A stretch of 64,000 nt of DNA from Betaproteobacteria bacterium (GTDB taxonomy: Bacteria > Pseudomonadota > Gammaproteobacteria > Burkholderiales > SG8-39), in contig SCTX01000133.1 in NCBI GenBank assembly GCA_004298385.1, positions 3,672 through 67,671 on the forward strand, read 5' to 3'. The position numbers and the translations under genes were made by a program. Position 1 is the stretch's first letter, and each line of letters opens with the position of its first letter. The notes beneath the pieces are model-generated. The model worked only from the letters and a program-made list of their open reading frames with translations. It ran no database searches and was not told the DNA's origin. Shown here piece by piece: positions 63,559-64,000 of this stretch.

Positions 63559-64000
63559 TGATTTGTTAAATTTTGTCAAATCGTTATTAATCATGGTCCT
63601 ACACGTTAGCACGCGCGGCTTTTCTGCTCAAGGACGCCGAAACGGGCGCCTCGGCCAGGAACCATCGGTATTTTATTTATCGTAACGTTTGCGCGGTCTT
63701 TCCCGCGTAGATTGGGCCATGGGCGAATAACCGAGGCGGCAATCATGCTACCCATAGTCTTCATCGAAAACCGGACTTACGACGAAATCGAAGTCGGCGG
63801 TTCGCCGTCTTCGTGCGCAAAGACAATGCGATGTACGAGTCCATCGTCAAGGCGTCGGGGGCGAAGCTGGAGTGATTGCTGGTTCCGACGGCGGACGCCG
63901 GGAGCAATTCCCCGTCTATAATAGGCCCGTCATAGATGGCTGCTGGGACTGCACGACATTCAATGCCGGTTATCGAGTCAAGTGCGCCGGGCGCATGCTC

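Noticed and set aside
63745-63921. ORF starting MLPIVFIENRTYDEIEVGG, which resembles the N-terminus of MaoC/enoyl-CoA hydratase-phosphotransacetylase proteins. An alternative frame ends ...FAVFVRKDNAMYESIVKASGAKLE.
   Set aside because: Only about 20 residues resemble the family before the sequence becomes Arg/Ser-rich nonsense. It is probably a gene fragment or deletion scar at the window edge, with too little sequence to call.

Overview
GC-rich proteobacterial chromosome segment. Gene order (secY-infA-rpmJ, a Bug-family binding protein) suggests a betaproteobacterium, but this is not proven.

Layout, left to right:
- 1-12 kb: housekeeping genes: APH-like kinase plus acyl-CoA dehydrogenase, GST, thioesterase, Atm1-type ABC exporter, PBP endopeptidase, and an EgtD-like methyltransferase. 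This stretch also holds a small toxin-antitoxin islet (HigBA-like and VapBC) and a 730-aa MBL-hydrolase/cNMP-binding-domain protein.
- 12-31 kb: a storage-polymer cluster with glgP-like phosphorylase, glgA, glk, a DUF2934 gene, glgB, and translationally coupled glgC-GH57-GH57. It continues with a short glgC paralog, a P-type ATPase, an intracellular PHB depolymerase, and a decayed IS91-type transposase remnant.
- 31-40 kb: a Bug-family binding protein, an oxidoreductase-SelD fusion, a pseudouridine synthase, ChaC, and a 1182-aa indolepyruvate:ferredoxin oxidoreductase.
- 40-56.7 kb: tRNA-Tyr/Gly/Thr, tuf, and the complete S10-spc-alpha ribosomal protein operons through rplQ.
- 56.8-64 kb: a DUF62 SAM hydrolase, a secreted Cys-rich repeat protein, glycerate kinase, a 7TMR-DISM/PAS/GGDEF/EAL sensor, and a FeeM/LuxI-fold acyltransferase.

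I see no CRISPR array, no rRNA, no intact mobile element, and no recognisable multi-gene defence system.

The most interesting signals are non-coding or contextual:
- A ~170-nt triple-hairpin repeat flanks glgP and shows compensatory stem substitutions.
- Three CRP/FNR-type boxes in the storage cluster have identical promoter geometry.
- G/C-rich palindromic inserts sit inside the spc operon.
- tuf has tufB-type upstream context, tufA-type downstream context, and G-ending codon usage unlike its neighbours.
- A putative acyl-signal synthase is co-oriented with a 7TM c-di-GMP sensor.

All calls come from reading the sequence and the ORF track. No searches were run.
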